Shown one piece after another: positions 46,327 through 56,401 of a DNA stretch of 62,415 bases (its first letter is position 1; every line of letters starts with the position of its first letter). The position numbers were made by a program, and so were the translations under genes. The stretch is from Nocardioidaceae bacterium (lineage in GTDB: Bacteria; Actinomycetota; Actinomycetes; Propionibacteriales; Nocardioidaceae), in NCBI GenBank assembly GCA_025927955.1, contig JAICKK010000001.1, positions 1 to 62,415 on the forward strand. The letters are read 5' to 3'. The notes under the pieces are model-generated. The model ran no database searches and was not told the DNA's origin. It worked only from the letters and a program-made list of their open reading frames with translations.

Positions 46327-47721
46327 TCACCCGTGCCCCATCAGCCTCGAGTGCACGGCGGCCTGCGCGAGCGCCAGGGCCGGCTCGTCCACGTGCAGCA
46401 GGCGGTCCCGCTCGACGACCGGGAGGCCGTCGACCAGCAGCAGCTCCAGCGGGGGCTGGGAGCCCAGGACCAGGGCCGCGACCGGGTCGGTGATGCCCGC
46501 GTGCGCGAGGGTGTCCAGCCGCCACAGCGCGAGGTCGGCCAGCTTGCCCGGCTCGACGGAGCCGAGGTCGTCGGCGCGGCCGAGGACCTGTGCGCCACCG
46601 AGCGTCGCCATCTCCAACGCGTCGCGCACGCTCATCGCCTCCGGCCCGCCACGCGCGCGGGCGAACAGGGTCGCGTGCCGGGCCTCCTCCAGCAGGTTCC
46701 CGGCCTCATTGCTGGCGGAGCCGTCGACGCCGAGCCCGACCGGTACGCCGGCGTGCCGCAGGTCCGCGGCCCGGGCGATGCCGGCGCCGAGCCGGGCGTT
46801 CGACGACGGGCAGTGCGCGACCCCGGTGCCCGTGGCGCCGATCCGCTCGACCTCCGCGTCCTCGAAGTGGATGCCGTGCGCGAACCACACGTCGTCGCCG
46901 GTCCAGCCGAGGCCCTCGACGTACTCCAGCGGCGAGCAGCCGAACCGCTCCCGGCAGAACGCGCTCTCGTCGGTGGTCTCGGCCAGGTGCGTGTGCAGGC
47001 GCACCCCGGTCCGGCGGGCCAGCTCCGCGGCCTCCCGCATCAGGTCCGAGGTGACCGAGAAGGGCGAGCACGGGGCGACGGAGATCCGCAGCATCGATCC
47101 CGGCGACGGGTCGTGCCAGCGGGCGATCGCCTCCTCGGTCGCGGCGAGCACCGCGTCACGGTCCTCGACGACCTCGTCCGGCGGCAGGCCGCCCTGGCTG
47201 CGGCCGAGGTCCATGGACCCGCGGGCCGGGTGGAAGCGCAGCCCGACGGTGCGGGCGGCGGCGATCTCCGCGGCGAGCAGGTCCCCGCCCTCGCGGGGGA
47301 ACACGTAGTGGTGGTCGCTGGCGCTGGTGCAGCCGGTGAGCGCGAGCCGGCCGAGCGCACCCTGCGCGGCCACGGAGACGACCTCCTCGTCGATGCGCGC
47401 CCACACCGGGTACAGCGTGGTCAGCCACTCGAACAGGGTCGCGTCCGCCGCGAGGCCTCGGGTCGCCCACTGGTAGAGGTGGTTGTGGGTGTCGACCAGG
47501 CCCGGGGTGAGCACGCAGCCGCGGCCGTCCACGACCCGCGCCCCGCCGTACGCCGGTGCGGGACCCGCCCCCACGTCGGCGATGCGGCTGCCACGGACCA
47601 CGACGTACCCGTCGGCGATCTCCCGCCGGGCCCGGTCCATCGTGACGACGGCACAGCCCGCGATGACGACGCCCGGCTCGGGCGCGGCCTCGGCCGCGCT
47701 CGTCGGTGGCAGGGGCTCCAT
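46327..47721 (-). CDS. 8-oxoguanine deaminase (amidohydrolase family)
   Basis: THNHLYQW.TRG, LFEWLTTLYP.W, PCSPFS, HLAE, HCPSSN, GVDGSASNE. Confidence 0.88.
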   Translation of the reverse strand: MEPLPPTSAAEAAPEPGVVIAGCAVVTMDRARREIADGYVVVRGSRIADVGAGPAPAYGGARVVDGRGCVLTPGLVDTHNHLYQWATRGLAADATLFEWLTTLYPVWARIDEEVVSVAAQGALGRLALTGCTSASDHHYVFPREGGDLLAAEIAAARTVGLRFHPARGSMDLGRSQGGLPPDEVVEDRDAVLAATEEAIARWHDPSPGSMLRISVAPCSPFSVTSDLMREAAELARRTGVRLHTHLAETTDESAFCRERFGCSPLEYVEGLGWTGDDVWFAHGIHFEDAEVERIGATGTGVAHCPSSNARLGAGIARAADLRHAGVPVGLGVDGSASNEAGNLLEEARHATLFARARGGPEAMSVRDALEMATLGGAQVLGRADDLGSVEPGKLADLALWRLDTLAHAGITDPVAALVLGSQPPLELLLVDGLPVVERDRLLHVDEPALALAQAAVHSRLMGHG

Positions 47722-47864
47722 CGGCTCTCCCGGTGCTCGCCGGCGCGCTGGCACCGGTCACGGACGTTGGCGACCAGTCAAGCCCCCGACGGGGTCTCGA
47801 CGGAAGCCACACGACGCACGAAGCCCGCCATCGGCCCCCCAGGTGCCTGTAGGTTCCTCCAGGC

Positions 47865-48938
47865 TCACCCCGTCGACGTGACCACCGTCCGCCACAGGTG
47901 GCGCACCATCGCCAGGAACGTCACCAGCCAGACCGAGAACGCCACCCAGAGGGAGACGGTGCCGACCTCGGCGACGAGAGGCAGCCGGTCGGCGCGCCCG
48001 AGGTAGATGCCGGCCACGCCGTACATCCCCATCGGGAACACCATGCTCCACAGGGTCGCGTCGTAGCGCAGCGGCAGCCGGCGCACGACGTGGCGCCACC
48101 AGCCCGCGGCGACCAGGACGGGGATCAGCCAGGTGGCGAAGGCCCAGCAGAACACGGCGAGCCCGGCCACCAGCCCCCGCGTGGCGTCGACCATCGGCGC
48201 GTTGGCCATCTCCACGATCCGCGCACCCGCCAGCACCGTGATCGCGAGCGCGCCCATCGCGACCCAGTACGGCGGGGTGAGCTCCTCGGGACCGAACTCG
48301 TAGAGCATCAGCCGGAAGGCGACGATCGTCCCGGCCGCCCCGTAGAGGAAGATCCCCACCGACCACGACACCACGGCGAGCAGCGCCAGCATCGGCCGGC
48401 CGTTCGCGAAGTCCGGCTCGACGGTGGCCGCCGCGACGGCCACCGACTGGCTGGCGACCACCCAGACGAACCACGACCCGTTCGCGGTCGCCACCACCGG
48501 CCGCTCCTGCCGGCCGAGCACCGCGGTCCACGGCACCACGTACCCGAGCACCAGCCAGGTCACGCCCGAGACGACCAGCAGCGCGACGGTCGCGCCCGGG
48601 TGTGCGACGCCCAGCCGCACCCCGAGGACGTTGGTGGCCGCCACGAACGTGAAGAAGCCGAACGCGCGCCGCGGGTCGTTGAAGTCCGAGCTGACCGCGT
48701 GCCGGTACGACAGCAGGCGCCAGGCGTTGAGCAGCACGAGGACGCCGTAGGACACGGCGCACAGCACCAGCATCGCGGTCGACAGCGCCCGGGAGCCCTT
48801 CAGCCAGGTCCCCACGGAGATGATGCCCGTGGCCATCACCACGGCGAAGTAGCCCGGCGTCAGGGTCTCGACCGCCACGCCGACCCGTCGTCGCAGACCC
48901 CCGGTCCCCGAGGCGCCGGCGGCAGTGCTCGTCCTCAT
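47865..48938 (-). CDS. TDT (tellurite resistance/C4-dicarboxylate, SLAC1) transporter
   Basis: PGYFAVVMATGI, WFVWVVASQS, PPYWVAMGA, WSMVFPMGMY. Confidence 0.9.
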   Translation of the reverse strand: MRTSTAAGASGTGGLRRRVGVAVETLTPGYFAVVMATGIISVGTWLKGSRALSTAMLVLCAVSYGVLVLLNAWRLLSYRHAVSSDFNDPRRAFGFFTFVAATNVLGVRLGVAHPGATVALLVVSGVTWLVLGYVVPWTAVLGRQERPVVATANGSWFVWVVASQSVAVAAATVEPDFANGRPMLALLAVVSWSVGIFLYGAAGTIVAFRLMLYEFGPEELTPPYWVAMGALAITVLAGARIVEMANAPMVDATRGLVAGLAVFCWAFATWLIPVLVAAGWWRHVVRRLPLRYDATLWSMVFPMGMYGVAGIYLGRADRLPLVAEVGTVSLWVAFSVWLVTFLAMVRHLWRTVVTSTG

Positions 48939-49039
48939 CGTCCCCGAGCCTGTCACGTCCCCCTGGCGGGGAGGTACAACAGGTGTGCCGACGCGCCGTC
49001 TCGTCGTACGTTCCTCCAGGGCCAGGCCGTGGCGAGCGC

Positions 49040-49392
49040 GTGGCGAGGAGGCGCACTACCCCGACCTGGGCTGCGCCGGCGTCCCCGGAGTCCCCGGCGT
49101 CCCCGAGGGCGCCGACGGCATCGTGGTGGCCACCGCCTACCGGGAGCGCTACGGGATCCCGCTGATCACCAGCGTGCGGAAGGTCGGCAACGTCGAGCAG
49201 CTGAGGTCGCTCGGCCGGCAGCGGATGCCCAACTCCGACACCCAGGAGCACGCCGCCGCGCTGATCGAGATCGCGAAGATCGCGAAGATCGCCAACCACC
49301 GCTTCGACGACCTCGTAGCGGACGCGAACCCGGTCGCCACCGCGCGCACCCGCCGGCTCGACCGGGTGGCCGACCCGGCGGGGCGCGCGTGA
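49040..49392 (+). pseudogene. Chimeric relic: C-terminal part of OHCU decarboxylase preceded by a possible CoA-binding-domain fragment
   Basis: AYRERYGIPLITSVR...NS.TQEH.AALIEIAKIA..RF matches the UraD C-terminus; YPDL...DGIVVAT upstream; no clear start. Confidence 0.55.
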
Positions 49393-49403
49393 GTGCGGGC
49401 CGA

Positions 49404-50549
49404 CTAGCGGCTCAGGAGGCTGCGCCACATCGGGCGGACGCCGTTGGCGCGGTCACCCGCGTGCCCCAGGTAGGACAGGTGCCAGTTCTGCTCGATCGTC
49501 GTCAGCAGCGAGTAGTGGTTGTACGGCGTGTGGTCGACGTGACCGCCCCGGCTCCGCGCCGACACCACGATCGCCGGGATCAGGCCGCCACCGTAGGTGC
49601 CCCCGGGCCAGTCGACGCTGACCCGGGGGTCACCGGCGGACACGTACGGCGAGTCGCAGCAGCCCTCGGCGGTCTCCCAGCCACCCGTCTCCTCGTTGGT
49701 CCCCGTGTAGTCGTTCTCGTCGGTGACGATGACGATCGCGGACCGGTCGGTCCAGGCCCTCGAGGTGGTGATCGTGTGCACCGCCCGCCGTACGAACATG
49801 TCGGCCTTCTGCTTGAGCGCCGCGTCGTTCGCGTCGTCCTTGGTGACGCCGTACGGGCAGGGCGTCTCGGGGTGGCCCGAGACGGTCTGCGTCACGCCGC
49901 CGTGCATGTCGCTGCACTGGTTGGGGCTGATCCACACGAACTGAGGCGCGTGCCGGCTGTTGAGGTCGTGGCCGAGACGGCTGTAGCTCTTGACGTGGGC
50001 CATCCGGGCGGGGTTGTCCTTGACGTCGTCGAACAGCACGAAGGGGTTGTGCTTCTTGGCGTACAGCTGCACCTGCGTGCCGTCGGGCAGCGTCGGCCCG
50101 AACCGGGCCAGCTTGTCGGCCGGCAGCGTCTGCAGGTAGGCGCCCCACCGGATGTGGTGGGCCTCGAGCTGGTCCACGAGGTTGCGCCGGTCGAGGTTGA
50201 CGACGTTCTGGTCGTTGTCGTCCTGGATGCCGAAGTTGTCGCCGGCGATCGTCGCGATGTAGTTGGGCATCGACGGGTGCGTGACGCCGTAGTAGTGGTC
50301 GGCCATCGTGTAGGTCCGGGCCAGCTTGGTGAGGTACGGCGCGTTGGCGTTGCCGATGACGCTGGACTTCGAGTGGTTCTCCAGCATCAGCACGAAGAGG
50401 TGGTCGAACGGCGCCTGGTGCCGGTGCGACGTGGCGGCCGGCGCGGCGTTCGCCGAGTCGCGGGACGCGGCCAGCGCGTCGGGCCCCAGGGACGCACCCA
50501 CCAGGGCCAGGGCCCCGATCGCGGTCGCGGCGGTGACAGCCTTCTTCAT
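49404..50549 (-). CDS. Secreted phosphoesterase (acid phosphatase/PLC family)
   Basis: GAGGAG RBS, signal peptide, MLENHS, THPSMPNY, KHNPF, DEND, NHYSLL. Confidence 0.9.
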   Translation of the reverse strand: MKKAVTAATAIGALALVGASLGPDALAASRDSANAAPAATSHRHQAPFDHLFVLMLENHSKSSVIGNANAPYLTKLARTYTMADHYYGVTHPSMPNYIATIAGDNFGIQDDNDQNVVNLDRRNLVDQLEAHHIRWGAYLQTLPADKLARFGPTLPDGTQVQLYAKKHNPFVLFDDVKDNPARMAHVKSYSRLGHDLNSRHAPQFVWISPNQCSDMHGGVTQTVSGHPETPCPYGVTKDDANDAALKQKADMFVRRAVHTITTSRAWTDRSAIVIVTDENDYTGTNEETGGWETAEGCCDSPYVSAGDPRVSVDWPGGTYGGGLIPAIVVSARSRGGHVDHTPYNHYSLLTTIEQNWHLSYLGHAGDRANGVRPMWRSLLSR

Positions 50550-50705
50550 CTGCTCTCCTCGTGTCTCGAGCCCGGTGGGCGAGAACCGGTCTAGTCGGCG
50601 CCCTGGTGCAGTCAACCGGTCGCAGGCCGGGGCGTAAAGGGCCTGGAGCCGGTTCTGCCGGTGCAGACCCTGCTCGGGCCCGGCCCGGGCCGCCGCTGCG
50701 CCTCG

Positions 50706-51467
50706 CTACAGCGTCGTCATCCCTCCGTCGACGCGGAAGATGGCACCGGTGGCGAACCGTGCCTCGTCGCTGGCCAGGTAGACCATGATCCCCTCGACGT
50801 CCTCGGGGCGGCCCGGCCGGCCGAGCGGGATCCGCGACACGATCGCGGCACGGTCCTGCGCGTCCTCGGAGATCGCGGTGACCAGCGGGGTCTCGGTGTA
50901 CCCGGGCACCACCGTGTTCACCCGGATGCCCTCGGCGGCGTACGCGGCAGCGACCGCGCGTGCCATGCCGTGGATGCCGGCCTTGGAGCTGCTGTAGGCG
51001 GTGAACCCCCTGCCCTCCCCGTTGAGCCCGGTGGGGCTGCCGGTGACGATGACGGACCCGCCGTGGGCGCGCATGGCGCGCACGGCGTGCTTGAGGGTCA
51101 GGAACGTGCCGGTCAGGTTGACGTCGATGGTGCGCTGCCAGACGGCGAGGTCGAGGTCGGCCACGGGCGCGTCCCGGCCGAACAGCTGGACGCCGGCGTT
51201 CGCGACGACCACGTCGAGGTGGTAGCCGGCCGCGGCCGCCTCGGCGAAGCCCGCCTCGACCGAGGCCTCGTCGGCGATGTCCATCTCGACCGCGAGCCCG
51301 TCCGGGCCGGTGGACCGTGACCGGGCCGCCTCGCGTGCGGCGGCCAGGTCGCGGTCGGCCAGGACCACCCGGGCCCCCTCGGCGAGGAACCGCTGCGCCA
51401 CCCCGCGCCCGATGCCCGAGCCGGCGCCGGTCACCAGCGCACTCCTGCCTGCCAGCCGTCCGCCCAT
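50706..51467 (-). CDS. SDR family NAD(P)-dependent oxidoreductase
   Basis: TGAGSGIG, NAG, YSSSK, PG.T.T. Confidence 0.93.
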   Translation of the reverse strand: MGGRLAGRSALVTGAGSGIGRGVAQRFLAEGARVVLADRDLAAAREAARSRSTGPDGLAVEMDIADEASVEAGFAEAAAAGYHLDVVVANAGVQLFGRDAPVADLDLAVWQRTIDVNLTGTFLTLKHAVRAMRAHGGSVIVTGSPTGLNGEGRGFTAYSSSKAGIHGMARAVAAAYAAEGIRVNTVVPGYTETPLVTAISEDAQDRAAIVSRIPLGRPGRPEDVEGIMVYLASDEARFATGAIFRVDGGMTTL

Positions 51468-51499
51468 GGCGTTCCTTCCCTGTCCGTGGTCCCGCGCCG

Positions 51500-53236
51500 T
51501 CACGTCAACCTCACCTCTGCGGTGGACCAGGCTTCGAGCGCCACCGACGCACTGCTGCCGTCCGGTCCCTGGACGTCGTACCGCACCGGCGTGTCGGCCA
51601 GCCGCGCCAGGATGACGCGCACGCCGTCGGCTGTCCGCACCGGGTAGGCGGCCACGCCGTCGGGCGCGCGCGCCTCGAGGACCTCGCAGCCGCGGAGCCG
51701 CGCGAGCACCGTGAGCAGCTCGCCGACCGGGTGGAGACGCCCCTGGTCGCCGATCCCGCCCGGGCCGCTGACCTGGTAGAGGCAGAGGCTCTCGACGCCG
51801 CGCCGGGTCAGGGCCGCGACGCTGCCCAGGGTCCAGGCGGCGGTGAACGGCGACGGCTGCAGGGGGTCGGGCGGCGCAGAGCCCTGCCGGGCACTGGTCG
51901 CCACCGCGTTGAACCGCGGACGCAGCGTCACCGGACCCAGGTGCACCGGGCGGTCGCCGGCGAGCCGTACGGCGTCCCGGGCGACCGCCTGCTGCCCGGC
52001 GAGGCTGTCCACCACGTGGGGGATCTCGGACGCGTGCATCTGCGGCGTGATGCTGCAGGTCAGCGACGGCGCGTCGGGCGGCAGGTCGCCGTGGCGGCGG
52101 TTGAGCTCGGCGAAGTGGGAGCGGGCACCGGCGACGAGCGGCACGTCGAGACCGTGCGTGGCCCTCAGCAGCGCGCCCCACAGCGGCGCGGTGCTGACGT
52201 GGCCGTCGGGGTCGAACACGCCGAGCCGACGGACCCGGCCCGCGGGGAGCAGCGCGACGGCGGACTCCATGTCGGTCGGCTCCCGCGCCACGACGCGCAC
52301 GTCGAGGCCGGCTCCGAGGGAGTCGGCCTGCTGCGTGGCCGCCGCGAGCACGTCGGGCCAGTCGGCTGGTGCTCCGGTGAGCTCGACCAGCACCGCGTCG
52401 AAGCCGCTGTCGGGCCGCGCCCAGGCAGGGGCTGCCTCCGACCCCGGGGTGGCGCCGAGCGAGAGCGCGGGGACGAGCGCGCGCGAGACCCCGCTGACGA
52501 CCACGTGCCGGAGGCTCCTCGCCCGGGGCTCGGCGCGAGCGACGGCGCGGCGGCCGTCCGCGAGCAGGGTGGCGACCTGGTGCACCCGCTCACCCGGCGC
52601 CACGTCGACGGGGAACGGCACCGACAGCGGCGTGCTGTAGGTCTTGAACGACGCGTCGGTCCAGTTCCGCTGGTCCTCGGTCTCGAACACCTCGCCGTCC
52701 AGGTCGAGCGCGGCGCGCACGCCGTCACGCTCCCAGCGGAGACCGCGCACGTCCCGGAACGGCTGGTGCGGGCTGATGGCCTCCGGCCAGGTCGCGGGTA
52801 CGACGGATCCGTCGGTGTGCACGACGTCCACCGGCCGTCCCGCCTCGGCGAGGGGATGCAGCACCACGAGGCCGATGCGGTTGCGCCGGAACGCGGCCCG
52901 GGCCGTGCCGGTGAACGACACGGAGAGCTCGTGGCCCTCGACCCTCACCTCGACCCGACCGTCGTAGGCGACCCGCCCGGCCGGGTCGGGACCGCGGAAC
53001 CGCAGCACCAGACCGGCCGACCAGCCGTCCTGCCGGCGGGACACCTGCCGCTCCACGACCGTGGCCGGCACCGTGTTCCAGTCCTCGTCGCGCACCACCG
53101 GCCGCACCGCGCGCAGGAGAAGCGTCCCGTCGTACCGGATGTCGGCGAGCTCCTCCCCGCGGAGCTCCGCCGACCACGGCCCCGCGCCCAGCCGTAGCGG
53201 CTCGGGCGGTCGCCTCGACTCGGGCAGCGAGCTCAC
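51500..53236 (-). CDS. apnL: D-apionate lactonase-like protein
   Basis: VRDEDWNT, NRIG.VVLHP, ISPHQPF, FETEDQRNWTDASFKTY; adjacent to apnO. Confidence 0.78.
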   Translation of the reverse strand: MSSLPESRRPPEPLRLGAGPWSAELRGEELADIRYDGTLLLRAVRPVVRDEDWNTVPATVVERQVSRRQDGWSAGLVLRFRGPDPAGRVAYDGRVEVRVEGHELSVSFTGTARAAFRRNRIGLVVLHPLAEAGRPVDVVHTDGSVVPATWPEAISPHQPFRDVRGLRWERDGVRAALDLDGEVFETEDQRNWTDASFKTYSTPLSVPFPVDVAPGERVHQVATLLADGRRAVARAEPRARSLRHVVVSGVSRALVPALSLGATPGSEAAPAWARPDSGFDAVLVELTGAPADWPDVLAAATQQADSLGAGLDVRVVAREPTDMESAVALLPAGRVRRLGVFDPDGHVSTAPLWGALLRATHGLDVPLVAGARSHFAELNRRHGDLPPDAPSLTCSITPQMHASEIPHVVDSLAGQQAVARDAVRLAGDRPVHLGPVTLRPRFNAVATSARQGSAPPDPLQPSPFTAAWTLGSVAALTRRGVESLCLYQVSGPGGIGDQGRLHPVGELLTVLARLRGCEVLEARAPDGVAAYPVRTADGVRVILARLADTPVRYDVQGPDGSSASVALEAWSTAEVRLT

Positions 53237-53245
53237 GGCCGGTGC

Positions 53246-54103
53246 TCAGCGCCGGATCGGCTCGGGCAGGTGCAGCATCGCCTGCAGGTTCCGGTCGAGC
53301 TCGTCGTCGTCGAAGATCACCTTCCAGTCGTTCCGGATGATCCGGCTGCGGCCGTAGTCCATCGCGATCAGGCACGCGTCGGAGAACGGGTTGTCCCCGT
53401 TGAGCGCATTGGCCAGCGCCACCTGCGTGTGTCCCAGGAGGATCGCGCGGGCAGCCGGCTCCGGGACGCCCATCGTGTGCACCGCCTCGTGCAGGGCCTC
53501 CTTCAGGAAGTCGCCGACCATGCACGCCACCGTCTCCACCAGCGTCGGCTCGCACTGCGCAAGCTGCTTGACCGTGACCCAGTGGACGTCGAGGACCGGT
53601 GCGTACATCGCCCGCACCACGGTCTCGGCCTGGCGCTGGGCCTCCGGGTCTCCACCCTCGTAGGCGGCGAGCACGTCCTGGGGCGCTGCGATGCCGCCGA
53701 AGGTGTCGGCGTACTCCTCGTCGGTGCGCCGCTTGAGGAAGATGGACGGGTGGCAGGGGTGTGCGACCGCGTAGTGGATGCCGTCGCGCTGGGTGAGCAG
53801 GTTCGCGTACGCGGCGGCGGGGTCGAGGGTGAGCACGACGGCTCCCTGCTCCAGCCGCGGGACGATGTCGGCGGTGACCGGCCGGAGGGCGATGTCCGGC
53901 ACCGCGAGCACCACCACGTCGGCGCCGGACAGTGCCGTGGCCGCGTCGGTGACCTCGCGGCCGGCCTGGCGCGTGCGGTCCTGCCCCGCCTGCGAGCTCT
54001 CGACATAGGCCACGTCGTGCTCGGTGCGCATCAGGTTGTCGGACACGCGCATGCCCATCTTGCCGCCGGCGCCGATGACGGCGATCCTCAGCTGCTCGGT
54101 CAT
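53246..54103 (-). CDS. apnO: D-apionate oxidoisomerase
   Basis: GAGGKMG.R, LAVPD, LDPAAAY, HPCHP, LLGH. Confidence 0.85.
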   Translation of the reverse strand: MTEQLRIAVIGAGGKMGMRVSDNLMRTEHDVAYVESSQAGQDRTRQAGREVTDAATALSGADVVVLAVPDIALRPVTADIVPRLEQGAVVLTLDPAAAYANLLTQRDGIHYAVAHPCHPSIFLKRRTDEEYADTFGGIAAPQDVLAAYEGGDPEAQRQAETVVRAMYAPVLDVHWVTVKQLAQCEPTLVETVACMVGDFLKEALHEAVHTMGVPEPAARAILLGHTQVALANALNGDNPFSDACLIAMDYGRSRIIRNDWKVIFDDDELDRNLQAMLHLPEPIRR

Positions 54104-54134
54104 TGGTTCCCTCTCCGTCGTGGGTGTCTGCATC

Positions 54135-54938
54135 TCATGGTCGCCGTGCGCCGGCCAGCTGCCTGAGCCGCTCCAGGCTGTGCCGGGTCCAGTCGTCCTC
54201 GACGCGACGGGTGGTGGCGCTGTCGCCCTGCCAGACCAGCCAGTGCTCGACGACCTGGCTGATCCCCCGCTCCTCGGGGCGCACTCTGGCGAACAGGTGC
54301 TCGAGGTCGAGCATCCCCTCTCCCAGGAGGGCACCGGCGAGCGTGAAGCCGACCCAGCCGGCCTGGCGGCTGAACGAGAAGTCCTTGACGTGCAGGTTCA
54401 CCGCCCGGTCGGCGGTGCGCTCGACGGTCTCGCGCGGGTGCTCCAGCGCCGCCACGCAGTTGGCGGGGTCCAGACAGATGCCCAGGGACGGCGAGCCGAC
54501 CGCCTCGACGACGCCCACGAGCCGCGGCGTGGCGATCTGCTCGTAGGTCTCCAGTGCCAGGACGACACCGGCCCGCTCGTAGGCGGGCAGCACGGCCCGG
54601 AGCAGCCGCTCGGCGTCGTCGGCCTCCGACGCCGTGACCATCGACCTGACCAGCCGTACGCCGAGCCGCTGGGCCATCCCCAGGTAGCGCTCCAGGTGCG
54701 CGACGCCGATCCCCCGGGTGCCGAGCTCGAGGCCCAGGCCGCGCCGCTCGGCCTGCCCGGCGAGGGCGAGCAGCTGCCCCTCGTCGTACTCCTCGACCGC
54801 CGGGTAGTCACAGACCTGCAGGAGGTCGGCCCCCCACTCCTGCGTGCGCGCCAGCATGTCCGCGAGCGACAGTGCGCGGTCCGCGGTGGGATGCCACTGC
54901 CAGAAGAAGGAGTAGGTGCTCAGCCCGATCGTCATCAC
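54135..54938 (-). CDS. oiaC: Xylose-isomerase-like TIM barrel, probable 3-oxo-isoapionate decarboxylase
   Basis: GLSTYSFFW, LELGTRG, LALETYE, CLDPAN, HVKDF.F.R, EHWL; directly upstream of apnO. Confidence 0.72.
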   Translation of the reverse strand: MMTIGLSTYSFFWQWHPTADRALSLADMLARTQEWGADLLQVCDYPAVEEYDEGQLLALAGQAERRGLGLELGTRGIGVAHLERYLGMAQRLGVRLVRSMVTASEADDAERLLRAVLPAYERAGVVLALETYEQIATPRLVGVVEAVGSPSLGICLDPANCVAALEHPRETVERTADRAVNLHVKDFSFSRQAGWVGFTLAGALLGEGMLDLEHLFARVRPEERGISQVVEHWLVWQGDSATTRRVEDDWTRHSLERLRQLAGARRP

Positions 54939-54963
54939 CGCGACCTTACCGATCCCACGGCCA

Positions 54964-54994
54964 ATTGGTCAACCAGTCAACCAGTGAACCAGTT
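54964..54994. promoter_or_regulatory. FadR-type operator region between divergent oiaC and the regulator
   Basis: ATTGGT-CA-ACCAGT; AACCAGT at 54971, 54979 and 54987. Confidence 0.65.
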
Positions 54995-55049
54995 GCCCGT
55001 GAGAGGTGGACCAGGGGGTGGCCGGGGCCTGCCCGATATCGTCACGGGC

Positions 55050-55817
55050 GTGACCCCCGCAGCCCCGCCGGCCGATGGCGACCCGGCGCCCGGTCCGTCC
55101 GACCCGCTGGGCTCGATCGAGCCGGTGAGCGTCGTCTCGGCCGTGACCCGCCGGCTGCTGGACTACTTCACCTCGGGACGGCTCGAGCCCGGTGCCCGGC
55201 TGCCCGCGGAGCGACGGCTCGCGGAGTCGCTCGGCGTCGGGCGCTCCGCGGTCCGCGAGGCGCTGGCGGCGCTCGAGCTGCTGGGCGTGGTCTCGGTGCG
55301 TCCCGGATCCGGCACCTACCTGAAGAGCAGCGCCTCCGAGCTGCTCCCCCAGACGCTGAGCTGGGGGGTCCTCCTCGGCGAACGCCGCACCCGCGAGCTG
55401 ATCGAGGTCCGGCACGGTCTCGAGGTGCGGGTGGCCGGCCTGGCCGCGGAGCTGGCGACGCCCGGGACCCTGGCGGCCCTCGAGGAGACCCTAGAGACGA
55501 TGAGGACCCACAGCGAGGACTTCGCGGCCTTCGTCGAGGCCGACATGAGGTTCCACCAGCTGCTGGCGGCGAGCACGGGCAACGTCACGCTGGCCGACCT
55601 GCTCACCACCGTGCGCAGCCTCATCCGGGTGTGGGTGGAGCGGGCGGTGGGCGACGCCCGGCACACCTCGCTGACCGTCGCCGAGCACGCAGCGGTCGTC
55701 GCGGCCATCCGGGCCTCGGACGCCGACGCCGCCGGGGCGGCCATGGACGCACACATGGCGTCCGCGAGGGACCGCCTCCTGAGCGCCCCCGGCGACCCGG
55801 ACGCCTCCTCGACCTGA
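55050..55817 (+). CDS. FadR/GntR family regulator
   Basis: RLPAER.LAE.LGVGRSAVREAL; FCD domain D.RFH...GN...EH. Confidence 0.93.
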   Translation: MTPAAPPADGDPAPGPSDPLGSIEPVSVVSAVTRRLLDYFTSGRLEPGARLPAERRLAESLGVGRSAVREALAALELLGVVSVRPGSGTYLKSSASELLPQTLSWGVLLGERRTRELIEVRHGLEVRVAGLAAELATPGTLAALEETLETMRTHSEDFAAFVEADMRFHQLLAASTGNVTLADLLTTVRSLIRVWVERAVGDARHTSLTVAEHAAVVAAIRASDADAAGAAMDAHMASARDRLLSAPGDPDASST

Positions 55818-55884
55818 GGCCGCACGCGCGGGTCACCCCTGGCGCACTGCGGGTCGCCGCGCCCGGACGAGGGTGGCGAGGGCC

Positions 55885-56361
55885 TCAGTCGGCCAGGTCG
55901 CTCGACTCGTACGCGGTGATCGCGTCGACCTTCTCCGCGGACGCGGAGGTGGGGTCGAAGCGGTAGCCCAGCCACTCGCGGGCGAGCCGGCGCGCGAGCT
56001 CGAGACCGACCACCCGCTCACCGAAGCACAGCACCTGGGCGTTGTTGCTCAGCACCGCGCGCTCCACGGAGTAGCTGTCGTGGGCGGTGACGGCGCGGAT
56101 GCCGCGGACCTTGTTCGCGCTGATCGCCACCCCGAGACCCGTGCCGCAGACCAGCAGCGCCCGGTCCGCCCTGCCCTCGGAGATGAGGCGCGCGGCGGCG
56201 ACGGCGACGTGCGGGTAGTGGGTGTCCTCGTCCTCGGACACGCCGACGTCGATCACCTCCTCCACGCGGTCGTCGGCGCGAAGATCCTCGGCGATCGCCG
56301 CCTTGTAGCGGACGCCGGCGTCATCCCCGCCGACCACGACCCGCCATCTGTTGCCAGTCAC
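55885..56361 (-). CDS. derI: RpiB family D-erythrulose-4-phosphate isomerase
   Basis: GGDDAG, CGTGLGV.ISANKV.GIRA, SNNAQVL; context. Confidence 0.85.
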   Translation of the reverse strand: MTGNRWRVVVGGDDAGVRYKAAIAEDLRADDRVEEVIDVGVSEDEDTHYPHVAVAAARLISEGRADRALLVCGTGLGVAISANKVRGIRAVTAHDSYSVERAVLSNNAQVLCFGERVVGLELARRLAREWLGYRFDPTSASAEKVDAITAYESSDLAD

Positions 56362-56401
56362 GTCTGTCTCCTTCGTCCGAGAGGCCGTCGCCGGCCGGTC
56401 C

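Noticed and set aside
48999-49022. Perfect Tat-like SRRTFLQG in a + frame
   Set aside because: There is no nearby in-frame start or hydrophobic region, so it is chance or an unassignable relic.
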